NCBI RefSeq assembly: GCF_006345805.1
Contig: NC_043016.1
Span: 29,822,001-29,886,000, forward strand
DNA length: 64,000 nt
Origin: Octopus sinensis
Lineage: Eukaryota
Direction: 5' to 3'
The position numbers and the translations under genes are program-made. Under the pieces are notes generated by a model, which made no database searches, was not told where the DNA came from, and saw only the letters and a list, made by a program, of their open reading frames with translations. Shown in pieces: positions 11,696-24,132 of this stretch (position 1 is the stretch's first letter; each line of letters opens with the position of its first letter).

Positions 11696-12638
11696 GTATG
11701 TGTACAAGAGGCAGTCTCGTTGTGAAATATATATACATATATATATATCTTTAAAATGTGGAAGAGAGGTTTACGAAATAATGATGACGGGACGTGATGA
11801 TGAGGGCCAGCAATTAAATAATAATAATAATAATAATAACAATAAAGGATGGGATCATAGGGAGAACAAGGGGGTGGGAGACGAGAGTTAGGGTTGTAAT
11901 ATGCGTGTGTGTGTGTGTGCCACAAGTACAACAAAATGCCAACTCACGTTTCTCTGCCTCTCTAAAAGACATTCACCTGCCGCACAACTGAACGAATGTG
12001 ACAAGCTGCAGTGGTAGTACTACGAGTAATAGCGGTAGTAGTAGTAGTAGTAGTAGAAGCAGCAGCAATTACTACTACTGCTGCTAGTAGCTAAGGCTGC
12101 CTGGCTGACTGCCGGTCCACAGCCGCCAACTAGGTTTTTTTTTTTGTTTTGTTTGTTTTTGTTTTTAGTACTTTTTTTTTCCCCTCTCAGCTGAGAGCAC
12201 TGTTGCTATAATATATTAGGATAAGATGAACATCAGCAGCACGGCACTAGCTACTTCTACAAAAACGACTACGATGACGGCGGTAACAAGAGCGAGCTCG
12301 ACCACGTTGGTGGTGCTGCTGCTGCTGATGATGATGACGGCGATGATGGTGACGACGGCGAAAACTGACTACAGCAGCGATTACAACAACATCGACGGCG
12401 CCGTTCGAGAAAACGGTGAAAATTGTACAACAAAGGGAGAAAAAAAAAAAAAAAGTACATAAATGACATGAAAAAGAAAGAAAGAAAAAAAAAAACCTAC
12501 ATTAAACAGAAATGGATAGACAAGGGTGGATATGCCTATTTCTTGAGTATGATGGCGGGTGGGTGGGGGATAACAAGGTGAAAAGAATGGATGTGTGCGC
12601 GCGTGGCGTGTGTGCACAGACGTGTGTGAGAGAGATAG

Positions 12639-12669
<31 letters not shown>

Positions 12670-13189
12670 AAAGGAGAGAAAGAGCTTAGCATGAATAAGT
12701 CAGCAGTTGACTGGTTGCACGGTCAGGTGGCGAGCAAGCATGTGTAAAGTAGTGGGAAGGAGGGCAAAAATTAACAATGAAGTATCGGTCACAACAGCAA
12801 GGGTAAGAGAAAATAGCGTGTGTGTGTGAGTGTGTTTAAGTCACAAGCATGTGTGTGTATGCTTTACTTATACATACACACACACGCACATAGACACAGA
12901 GGCGCGCGCACGCATGTGTAATGTCGACTTTAAACCGGGCGAATTAGAGCATTAATGCTATTAATAATACATTTTATTTGCCACAGGGGTTACGTATTGG
13001 TAGCAATTTCAATACAACAAAACAGATAATAAGCCAACAGCACTCCTCCTCACCAATAAAGGCACCGGAAGATAATAATAATAGTAGTAATAATAATAAT
13101 AACAATAATAATGAGATGACAAAATCGAAATAGTACAAATGTTGACAGCTATATACATTCCGACTTCGGCTTCACAATACATGTGAGCG

Positions 13190-13239
<50 letters not shown>

Positions 13240-13700
13240 AAAATGATATATATATATATATATAAGAAAGCTAGCTAACTTTCTGCTTTCCTGCTCTATA
13301 CCCTACCACATAATAACCGTAACAGGTATCTTTTTTTTTTTTTTCCTACAAACTGTCTGCGCTACATTACATTTAACCTACATAGACGTGACATTCAAAA
13401 TAACGCTGACTTTTTCTTTCTTATTCTGAGAGAGAGAGAGAGACCACGAGAGAGAGAGAGAGAGAGAGACCACGAGAGAGAGAGATAAAGTGAGAGGAAC
13501 AGAAATTATGCCAACAAGAATCCCAGTAGATTTTTCTCTTTTTTTTTTGGCGGTTTTAATAAGCGATATAGTAAAAAGTTCTGCTGCAGATAAAAAAAAA
13601 AAAAGAAAGTTTTGTCATAGAGCAAACCAGTTTTACGGCTCAGGGGGCGGCGGCGTAAAAAAAAAAGTCAGAAAATAGTAATAATAAAATATGTATTACC
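9560..13700. promoter_or_regulatory. Intronic CpG-rich island; candidate internal promoter or first exon
   Basis: About 45 CpG counted by eye in 11881-12960, versus 1 in an equal-length control (51001-52080). No long ORF and no recognisable TE over most of it. Confidence 0.5.
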
Positions 13701-13867
13701 AACAAAGTTTGTGTTAGTCGTCACTACCACCACCACCATCACCACTACATGTCAGTTTTGATCCGAGAGACCTACAACAATCACAGATGTTCCAGCTGTG
13801 ACCAGCTTGTCATTTAATTTCAAACATTGTTCTCGTGTCTTGAACTATTAGACATCATCAAATGTAT

Positions 13868-13952
<85 letters not shown>

Positions 13953-13954
<2 letters not shown>

Positions 13955-14309
13955 AGGGCAGAAGAAGCGCTACAAGGATAGTCTCAAGGTCTCTCTCAAA
14001 GACTTCTCCATCGGAACAGAGACCTGGGAGACACTTGCTGCCAACCGCTCATCCTGGCGCAGCGCAATCACCGTGGGAGCAGGGACAGCCGAGGAGGGAC
14101 GGATTCGGTCAGCGGAGCAGAAACGTCAGATGCGTAAAGCCAGAGCCGCCTGCACCAGTAGCACGGCCCCTACCCACTTCTGCCCCACCTGTGGGAGGGG
14201 CTTCCTTGCCCGGATTGGCCTCACCAGCCACCTCCGGTCTCATGGCGGCAGTTCCATCGGATGATGTCAGTTGGTCATCTTCGAACCGAAGGACGAACAT
14301 TATTATTAT
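13953..14309 (+). mobile_element. Young 5'-truncated RTE-clade LINE: ORF C-terminus with a C2H2-type finger plus 3' UTR and (ATT)n tail
   Basis: Uninterrupted frame GGQKKRYKDSLKVSLKDFSIGTETWETLAANRSSWRSAI...CPTCGRGFLARIGLTSHLRSH, typical of RTE ORF ends. GC-rich with CpGs intact. Confidence 0.9.
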
Positions 14310-14697
14310 GTGATAAGAAACTTGCTTCCCAACCACATAGTTTCAGAGTCAGTTCCACTGTATGACACCTTGGGCAAGTGTCTTCCCTTATAGCCTCAGG
14401 CCGACCAAAGTCTTGTGAGTGGATTTGACAGACGGTAACTGAAAGAAGCCCGTCGTGTATATATATTTATATATATATATTATATGTGTGTCTTTGTGTT
14501 TGTATTTGTCCTCCTACCATCACTTGACAACCGATGTTGGTATGTTTATGTTCCTGTAACTTAGTGGCTTGGCAAAAGATACCGATAGAATAAGTACTAG
14601 GTTTACAAAGAATAAGTCCTGGTGTCGATTCTTCAGCTGAAACCCTTTAAGGCAGTGCTCCAGCATGGCTGCAGTCAAAATGACTGAAATGTATAAA

Positions 14698-14735
<38 letters not shown>

Positions 14736-16814
14736 TTTTACACATTTCAGTCATATTATATATACATATATATAAAATTGTGTGCATAAAGACAATAAGG
14801 TGTGATTTTTTAAAGAGAGATTGGGTTGAACCTTCTAGCCCGTTGAATAAACAATGTGGAAGTTCTCTCCTTTAAGTCAAAGACCGCTTGACAGTGTCTC
14901 TTGCTCTATTATCTGGTGGTTTCTAAAGAAGTTTGGAATAAACAGCACGAAAAAAAAAAAAAAGAAAGAAAGAAAGAAAGATTAGAGGACTGAGAGTCAA
15001 AACAAGAGAAATCTTGAGTCTGAAAAAGTTTTTAACAATTTTTCTATATGTGTCACTGAAGTCTCAACAATTGCCTAAAAAAACACAAGAAAACTTTCAG
15101 AAAAGATAAATAGATTATAATTTAAACCTATAAATTTCAAAATCATAAAGTGTATCTCTCACATTGGATGAGAGACAGAGAATACCAGGTTTCACTACAT
15201 GCCAATCTTAGAGACAAAAGGAAAGGGGGGGGGGCACCCAAATACACATACAAAAAACAAGAAAAGAAAAAAAGCCACCACCACCACCACACTGCCCTTG
15301 CCACATTAAAAAAAAAAACCCTGAAATTAACAGAAGTAGGATTAGAACATTATGAGGTATGACAAAAATACTGCAGGACCAAAACAAAGCATTTCAGGAA
15401 GGAGCATGTTTAGCTGACTAAACTGTTCAGTGGGGGTACTTTATGGACACACCCAGGCCCACAAATTAGTGGCAGTTTTAACACGCCCACTAATATAAAA
15501 GCTATTTGTCAAAAAGGACAAAGTTGCCCCTCCCCCCTCCGCCAATTAGTCTTTTCCATTTTTGCTAAATTTAGTCAGAGAGGAAGAACAGTGACTGTAA
15601 CCTTTACAATCTCTCCTAAACTGGAGATGCTAGTATTTAGCCACAGGTCAACCCTCATCAGGTAAACCTGTGATCAAAGGCATTCTAGCCATGACTGTCC
15701 TGTCTTTTTTTAAGGAATTCAGAAGTTATCTGGAGTGGCTTTTCCAAAAGAGAGTGAAATTTGACAGTTGTTTCTAACAAGGCAAGTGACCAGACAGTGG
15801 TTCCTTCATTGGTATTTCTGCAACAGTTTGATTACTGCAGGAGAAAATGGTAGAAAGTGATCTCCAGAGATCTTTTTACAAATTGCTTCCAGAAAGATTA
15901 TCTTTCTCAAAAGAATGGCAGTGAGCCCATTTTTCACATACTGGACTTCAGTAAGTATCCCACATTGTTACTTTTAATTTTTTTTTTTTTCTATATACAT
16001 TCACAAAATCAGTGGTGTAAGAATTGGAAGGATATTTTTACGACATCTGGACTTACCACATATTTAAAACATACACCATACTGATACTTCTTACAATAAA
16101 ATAACATCACATTTTAATTTTTTTTATTTGCAAACAAAAACCAATGCTAAAATAATTCAAAGTCATCATACACTTTATTTAATTTTATATCTCTATATTT
16201 TATGCTACTTTAATCATTTGCCAAGAAGCTTATATATATAATATATATATAATAATATATATATATATATATATATTTCAAATTTATAGAAAACAAAAGA
16301 TGAAGACAGGTAAGGAACAACAAGCAGGTATTAACACTCGGGAAGAATGAAAAAATCTTTGCTGTTTTGGGTCTAGGCTCTTCAACAGAAAGGATTGAGA
16401 GAGAAAAAAATGTGTAGGGATTAATGGTCCAATCATTTAATCATTCAATGTCCACTTTTCTGTTCTTGCATCCATCAGATGGAGATTTTAATTCTTTTAT
16501 TGAAGCAGATTTTCCAAAAGCCAGATGCCCTTCTCATTACTAATCTTCATCTGTTTCTAAGCAAGGTAATATTTCCCTGTAACCAGACATGTTCTCACAG
16601 AATATTGGAAATGTGTCTGTATGCATGTATGTATACACACACACAAGCTTCTTTCAGCTTCAAATCCACTCACAAGCTGGAAAAGCTTTTGACAGAGTCT
16701 CTCACTCTATATCTGGTTGTTTCTAGACAAGTCTTGAACAGACAAATGGCTTGTTAGAGCTGTGCAAGTCATGTTGAACGGTGCTGTCAGTAAAGTCATC
16801 CATGAGTACAATTA

Positions 16815-17310
16815 TGAAGGGGTCAGTTCTCAATCCTCCAGGCTGCAACAGAGGAATTTAAGATTGGCTGCCTGCGGGAACTACTATATGAAGATGACCT
16901 CATTCTTTTAGCAGAGTCTGAGGCAGAATTGGAAAAGAAATTCCAGATATGGAAGCAAAACCTAGAATCAAAGGTCCTTAAAGTTAACCTAGCAAAGACC
17001 AAAGTTGTAGTGAGCAAGAAAGTGGTAAAACCCTCTTTTTGCCAGGTAAAATGACCCTGCTCAATATATAGAAAAAGTGCTGCAAAGAATTCCATTTGAT
17101 GCACGCAGTGCAAGCTATGGACACATAGGAGGCACAGCAGAATGACAACAGAGAAAGTAGTCTTTGTATATAGCAGATGAGCAGAAACAATAAACATCAA
17201 GAATACAAGCAATTGATTTCCTCAAATCCCCGGGAGGATCCTTAGATGTTGAACATAGTTTCTGTTACATAGATGAGAAAATTAGCAAGTGGAAGAGGGT
17301 GTTCAGAAAA
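16815..17310 (+). mobile_element. Degenerate RTE-clade LINE reverse-transcriptase fragment
   Basis: Decayed frame GSVLNP...ELLYEDDLILLAESEAELEKKFQIWKQNLESKVLKVNLAKTKVVVS (YADD read as YEDD), followed by a Cys-rich PCSI...CTQCKLWTH segment with stops and frameshifts. Confidence 0.8.
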
Positions 17311-18031
17311 TATTCTTTGCACTCTTATGAACTCCTTATTCACTCACCCTGTCGAATCCTCTGTACAACTCCATTTTCATTCACCTCTTTATATCCTAAG
17401 GGTATGCCCTAGCACATCTTCACTTCTACCATCTTCTCTCCCCAAATGGGCTAGCCATGTATCTCCTCTTCAGCAAGACACTTGTTTCTGTTCCCTTATC
17501 TTGGTTTAACTTCCCATCACCTGGCACAAAGTGACCTCCCTCAATACAATTTCTCCTCTCAGTTGAGGTGGGGGAGGGGTCTTGTCTTGTAAGTTACTTC
17601 ATAACCGTCACTGGTGCTAGTGCCACACACACAAAAAAGAAAGCACCCAGTACACACTGTAAAATGGTTGGCATTAGGAAGGGTATCCAGATGTAGAAAC
17701 TATGCACAGTTGACAGTAGAACACAGTACAGCCTGGTGCAGTCCTCTGACTTGCCTAGCTCCTATCAAAACATCCAACCCAAACCAGCATAGAAAACAGA
17801 CATTAAACGATGATGATATGCACACACACACACATATTTATGTGATGTGTGTGTGTGGATGCAGTGGGGGTGTTGTATTTTTGTCTCGACATTGTAAGCT
17901 AAATATAAACAAGTATCACCATCATACAAACAGTGTATAAAATTTGTACGCCACTTCAAACATACTCACACATAACAGTCTAAAGTCATTTGGTTAAAGG
18001 TGAAACAATGATGATATAGATATATTTATCA

Positions 18032-18418
18032 TCTCTCTCTATATAAACGGCAGTTTGTCTGTGCGTTTTCTGTTGTCTGTTTTCTTTTTCTCTCGTACCC
18101 TCACTCTGACCACGGCTTTCAACCGATTCTGATGAAACTTGACACACACATAGCCCAATGTCATAATTCAAAACTAACGCAGCGAAAATTTTGAAAAGTT
18201 CCCCCAGTTCTGAAAAAAAATCGATAAATTCGACATGGGGTCGAGAATCAGAAACTCAAACCACAGACCGTCTAGGGACGCAACTCCACTTTTTTAACTC
18301 TCAAAAAAAATTTACCATCATTTTTTTCCCATTTTTTTTCTATTTTTTGGCTATACTCTCTAAAAATGCTTATAGTTATTCCCTTACAAACCTGAGCAAC
18401 GCCGGGCGATACTGCTAG
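18032..18418 (+). mobile_element. Non-autonomous Helitron
   Basis: 5' TC after A; 3' hairpin remnant cctgagcaacgccggg then CTAG (18415-18418) followed by T; no TSD. Confidence 0.8.
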
Positions 18419-18501
18419 TTAGGTATAAATGTATATGCATTTACGACATGTAATTGTAGAATAAATATTGAAAGTATTTTTATAGTAGTATTATTATACA
18501 G

Positions 18502-18805
18502 CGAAGGTGCATGGCTTCATGGTTAGGGTAAAGTTGGCTTAATGGTTAGGGTAAGGTTGTGAGTTTGATTCCCGGTGGTTTGTTGTATTCTTGAGCAAAA
18601 CACTTTATTTCACATTGCTCCAGTCCACTCAGCTGGCAAATATGAATAGTATCTGTAATTCAAAGGGCCAATCTTATCACATTCTGTGCCATGCAGAATC
18701 TCCCTGAGAATTACGTTAAAGGTACATGTGTCTGTGGAGTACTCAGCCACTTGCATGCTAATTTCATGAGCAAACTGTTCCATTGATCATATCAACTGGA
18801 ACCCT
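18502..18805 (+). mobile_element. SINE family D (tRNA-like head; ttgctccagtccactcagctggc body); second copy at about 37080-37390 (-)
   Basis: A-box-like tggcttcatgg and B-box-like gagtttgattcc; the body is shared with the reverse copy. Confidence 0.75.
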
Positions 18806-21800
18806 TGTAGTATTATTACATGCACAGACATATCACGGGCATGGCTGTGTGGTTAGGGAGCTTGCTTCTTAACTACATGGTTTCGGGTTCAGTCCCACTG
18901 CGTGGCACTTTGGGAGGTGTCTTCCACTATAGCCCCGAGCCGACCGGAGCTTTGTGATTGAACTCGGTTAGGTGGAAGTTACTGCCGTGTGTGTATGTGT
19001 GCGTATAGCTGCTCAGTACCTCTCCGAAAGAGAGAGAGGGTAGGTGTGTACAAACAAAGCCCCATAAGATTACCGTGATGAATTAAATTCCTTTTGAAGC
19101 TTTATGCTCATAATTCCAAATGAATGGATATAAATAAAAAAAAATGTATTGAGTAGAACTGTGGGTTTCATAAGTGTTCCACTTAACATGAATGGGTACA
19201 CAAAGGCACGGGGGTGGCTGTATTGCAAAAAGCATGCTACTCAATCACATGGTTCTGGGTTCAGTCCTGCTGTGTGGTTCCTTGGGCAAGTGTCTTCTAC
19301 TATAGCCCATGGCCAACCAAAGCCTCATGAGTGGATTTGGTAGGTGGAAACTCTGTGTGCGTGCATGTGTGTGTGTGTGTCTGTGTTTGTCCTCCATCAC
19401 AGCTTGACGTCCCCATATCTTAGCAGTTTAGCAAAAGTGACTGATAGAATAAGTACCAGGCTTAAAAAAACAAAACAATAAGCACATAAGTACAGGGATC
19501 AATTCATTCAATTAAAAATTCTTCAAGGCAATGCCCCAGCAATGCTGCAGTCTAATGACTGAAACAAAAAGACAAAAAAAAAAGGAAGAAAAGAAAAAGA
19601 TTCATGAGAATGGCAAGTGAGAGTGTTTGGATAAATATATGTATGTATATACACATGTATGTATATTGGGGTAGAATAAGTGTGTGTGTATGTGTGTATA
19701 TGGCTTAATGACTTGAAAAGCAACACAGAGTAAAGAGGAGGTAATGATATCATATGTCTAAAATTAAGTCTGTAAAGTGACAGTTTTTGGTATCCTGCTG
19801 ATTTAAGGAAGTGAACTGGTTTCTTTGAAGTGGAACACTAACAGACACAAGAGACAGGTAATTGTTAAAGGTTATATGCTTTCATGACATTCTTACCTCT
19901 AAATGTTCTTTTTTATTTTCCTAAAATTCCAAGCAAGTTAAAGATGAATATTCAGGTCTCTTTATCCTTTACACATACTTTATTTTCCCCTTAATTTGTT
20001 TCTTGTTTAGTTTTTTTTTCTCATTTGTATCTCTTTGTATTTCCTTATTCCTCTTTGTCAGAGGAATTCTAAAAATAGTATTTGGTGTGGGTGTAAAATG
20101 TGAAGAAGCTAAAGACAATACAGTAAAACTTCATACTTTGACTTTATTGGGTGGGGTGGGGGAAATAAACACAGACACACACACACACACACAGAGTTTC
20201 CATCTATCAAATCCACTCACAAGGCTTTAGTTGGCTCAGGGCTATAGTAGAAGACACTTACCTGCCCAAGGAACCATGCAGTGGGACTGAACCCAGGACC
20301 ATAAGATTGGGAAGCAAGCTTTTTTGCAACAGCCACACCTGCGTGTACCTAATCATGCTAAGTGGAACACTTATGAGACCTACAGTTCAACTCGTATATA
20401 GAAACTGCGGATGATACAGTACAGCCATGCTTTGACTGTGATCGCCTGATGATGTGCATGTATACAGATAATGGCGAATCACATTAATACAATATTGCGT
20501 ATAATATATGTAACATTTAACAATTAACAGCTGATGATGGTGTGGCGAAACAGTTGTAGTGACTTGTAATAAAGTCTGTTCAATTCACCTTGTATTAAAA
20601 TTTGTTTACACACTTACACACACACATATATACATACATACATTCAGTCACACAGACACACACTAACTATATATCTATTTTATAACACAGACTGGGTTGA
20701 TTGAAACATGATGATGATGGTAATGGTGATGATGTTATTGGTGCTTGTGATTATAAGAATTTTGATTATCAGTATCCTGGAACAAGGTACTGATAGGCTA
20801 AACTGAATAAAATTCTGAAATACACCCTTAAACCAATGCAGACACATCTGTATGATCTACGTATCATGCTATAAGGTGAAATTCAATCAGATTGTGTACA
20901 TGGTGGGTTTGAGGTCAAAAAATGTTATATAAAGTTTTTCTTTCTTTTTCTTTTTCTTTTCCTTTTTCTTTTTGCTTTACTTTATGTTTTGGTCTAGAGG
21001 AAGTGGGGGGAAGGGAGGTCACTGTGGCCCGCTGAGACATGTTCAAAAAGTAATTTGAGACATGGATTGAAATTATTCTTCTGTCAAACATAAAAATGAT
21101 AGTGCAATAATATAGTTAGTTGCTAAACTAGACGTAAAGCTTGTGGGAATTTTATTTTTTTTTTCCGTCTTTCTCTATCCTCCCACTATACTTCACAGTT
21201 TTATCATTAAATTCTGAAAACAGTGTTAGCAAACACCAACCTCAAATAACCTTGAAGGCCCAAAGCGGTGCTGAGCAGCAATTGCTACACTATATAACAT
21301 AATAAATGAACTATGACAAGCAGATGACGGTCTATAGAGTTTTCTGTACTGATGCTTTCAGTTCAGTATAGCTATATATATATACATGAGCATTCCATCA
21401 CCACATTATTGATACCATAGTAACAATTATTTGTACTTTATTAATTATTAACAAGTCTGTTGTACTTTATTAATTAATAATAAAGACATTATCATTGACA
21501 TTGTTGGAGTTGTTAGCAAGTCTGGTCAACAATAATAAAAGTGCTGGTTTCTATATAATATCCAAAGTTCATTGCCTTATTTTACTAAGTTCAAATTCCT
21601 TAAGTACTGAAACACAGACAACAATAATATACCTCGAGAAAACACAATTAAACACCACAAACCCACTACTTATTAACACTGCACATATGAAATTGCAAAA
21701 CACTCCCGACTGCTTCAATATAGCTAGTCACTCACTATGTTAGAAATAGCAGCTCAATTCTTCTCAAGTTGCATCCTACCATCTTAAATAATAGGTACAT

Positions 21801-21830
21801 AACACAATAGATAATGCAGTCCAATATATC

Positions 21831-22063
21831 TATTTCTTTATTACCCACAAGGGGCTAAACACAGAGGGACAAACAAGGACAGACATAGGTATTAAGTCGA
21901 TTGCATCGACCCCAGTGCGTAACTGGTACTTAATTTATCGACCCCGAAAGGATGAAAGGCAAAGTCGACCTTGGCGGAATTTGAACTCACAACGTAACGC
22001 AGACGAAATACCGCTAAGCATTTCGCCTGGCGTGCTAACGTTTCTGCCAGCTCGCCGCCTTAT
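21831..22063 (-). mobile_element. SINE family A, near-consensus copy
   Basis: 16-bp TSD tgcagtccaatatatc at 21815-21830 and 22064-22079. Confidence 0.9.
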
Positions 22064-22342
22064 TGCAGTCCAATATATCCTTACAAAGATATTATTGGTC
22101 AGGGTTGTAAATCATTTGATCACAAGCCTGTCAAATTGTGGCTGACCTAGTGCTTAACAACAGTACATAGCAGCCCTTACACTCTTACCATATGATGGCC
22201 ACCATTCATTAATCCTATTAGGTCGAGTGGATGTTACCACCACAAAGGCTGGGTTTACCCCATACAAACAGAAACTACTTCAGCCTTCAACAGCTGATGA
22301 CCCCATACAAAGTTTAACTATTGCCTACTTGACAACAATACT

Positions 22343-22577
22343 TATTTCTTTATTGCCCACAAGGGGCTAAACATAGAGGGGACAAACAAGGACAGACAGA
22401 GGGATTAAGTTGATTAGATCAATGCCAGTGCGTAACTGGTACTTAATTTATCTACCCCGAAAGGATGAAAGGCAAAGTCGACCTCGGCAGAATTTGAACT
22501 CAGAACATAGCAGCAGACGAAATACCGCTGAGCATTTCGCCCGGCGTGCTAACGTTTCTGCCAGCTCGCCACCTTAG
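22343..22577 (-). mobile_element. SINE family A copy
   Basis: 14-bp TSD ttgacaacaatact at 22329-22342 and 22578-22591. Confidence 0.9.
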
Positions 22578-22744
22578 TTGACAACAATACTGTTAACATA
22601 GTGGGATACATGGGGTGTGGGTGGAGCAGGGGTATGATAGCATAGATTGCACACACTAAACCATATCAGAGTAACTCCTGGTTAGACAACACTGATCAAT
22701 AACTTGATGCCATTCACTTGTCCTCTCGCTGCTTTTATTATCAT

Positions 22745-22945
22745 TATTGAGTGAGAGAGCAGCACATGCCATCAAAGTAAAATATACGAAGCCCAATACA
22801 CCCATCATGACTACTCGCCTGATAAGGGTACACCAGGCACATGCATCACAACCATATGTGTGCGACTTGGTGATCTCATATCAAGATAAACAGCACATGA
22901 CCTTGCAGGTGGGGGCCATGTTTGAATTTTCTTGAGTAGCCTATC
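22745..22945 (+). repeat. Unclassified interspersed repeat (catcatgactac..ctgataagggtacaccaggcacatgcatcacaacc), also at about 23480-23700 (+) and 8600-8780 (-)
   Basis: Three diverged copies in the window. Confidence 0.7.
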
Positions 22946-22948
22946 TGG

Positions 22949-22982
<34 letters not shown>

Positions 22983-23130
22983 CACCATCATCATCATTAT
23001 TATCATCATCACCATCATCATTATTATTATTATTATTATTAAGGTGCTGAGCTGAATCATTAAAGTGTCAGACAAAATGCTTTGCAGCAATTCTATCATA
23101 GCACTCCTGCATTCTTCTTCTTCTTCTTCT

Positions 23131-23465
23131 GGTGAAGGCGCATGGCTCAGTGGTTAGAGCGTCGAGCTTACGATTATGAGGTTGTGAGTTTGATTCCCGG
23201 ACCGTGCTGGTGGTTGTGTTCTTGAGCAAGACAGTTTATTTCACGTTGCTCCAGTTCACTCAGCTGTAGAAATGAGTTGCAACATCACAGGTGCTAAGAT
23301 GTATTGGCCTTTGCCTTTCCCTTGGATAACATCAGTGGCGTGGAGAGGGGAGGCTGGTATGTATGGGCGACTGCTGGCCTTTCATAATCAACCTTGCCTG
23401 GACTTGTGCCTCGGAGGGTAACTTTTCTAGGTGCAATCCCATGGTCATTCATGACCGAAGGAGTT
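23131..23465 (+). mobile_element. SINE family C (tRNA-like head ggcgcatggctcagtggttagagc...gagtttgattcc); copies at about 24565-24878 and 36548-36872
   Basis: A-box/B-box-like motifs and three co-linear copies. Confidence 0.8.
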
Positions 23466-24100
23466 TTCCTATGTTGTTGTTGTTGAGCAAGAGAGCAGTG
23501 CATGCCATCAAAATGACACTGGGGTACAAATATACAAAGCCCAGTATACCCATCATGACTACCCGTCTGATAAGGGTACACCAGGCACATGCATCACAAC
23601 CAAATGTGCATGATATGGTGATCTCATATCAATATAAACAGCGCATGACCTTGCAGGTGGGGGCCTAGTCATAATTTTCTTCAAGTCAAGTAGCTCATCC
23701 TGCTCAAAAGGTTCCTGAATAAGGGTTGTTTAAGGATGTTGAACGAAACACCCAAAGAATTCCTCTCAACACATGACTATGATGCACCCTCACTACTTCT
23801 GCTCGTGATCAGAGATGCACATATTATTATCATCATCATCATCATCCTATTGACTTAAGGCCAGAAGCAGAGAGAGAGAGAGAGAGAGAGAGAAGGGGGA
23901 GGGAGAGAATGGAATGGAGGCGGTATGGATAATAAGGAAATCAATTTCAGAACACTACACTCGCGGAGTGGTTGACATTAGGAAGGGCATCCAGCTGTAG
24001 AAACACTGCCAGATCAGACTGGAGCCTGATGCAGCCCCTGGCTTCCCAGACCCCGGTCGAACCGTCCAACCCGTGCTAGCGTGCAAAACGGACGTTAAAC

Positions 24101-24132
<32 letters not shown>

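Noticed and set aside
12318-12379. Apparent hammerhead (gctgctg-CUGAUGA...GAAA...UA-cagcagc) in the CpG island
   Set aside because: Stem I comes from GCT/CAG triplet repeats; there is no pairable stem II and stem III has only one pair, so it is probably coincidental.
13827-14264. 145-aa ORF ending in a zinc-finger-like motif
   Set aside because: The N-terminal part is (CT)n/(TA)n translation and the rest is a 5'-truncated RTE LINE.
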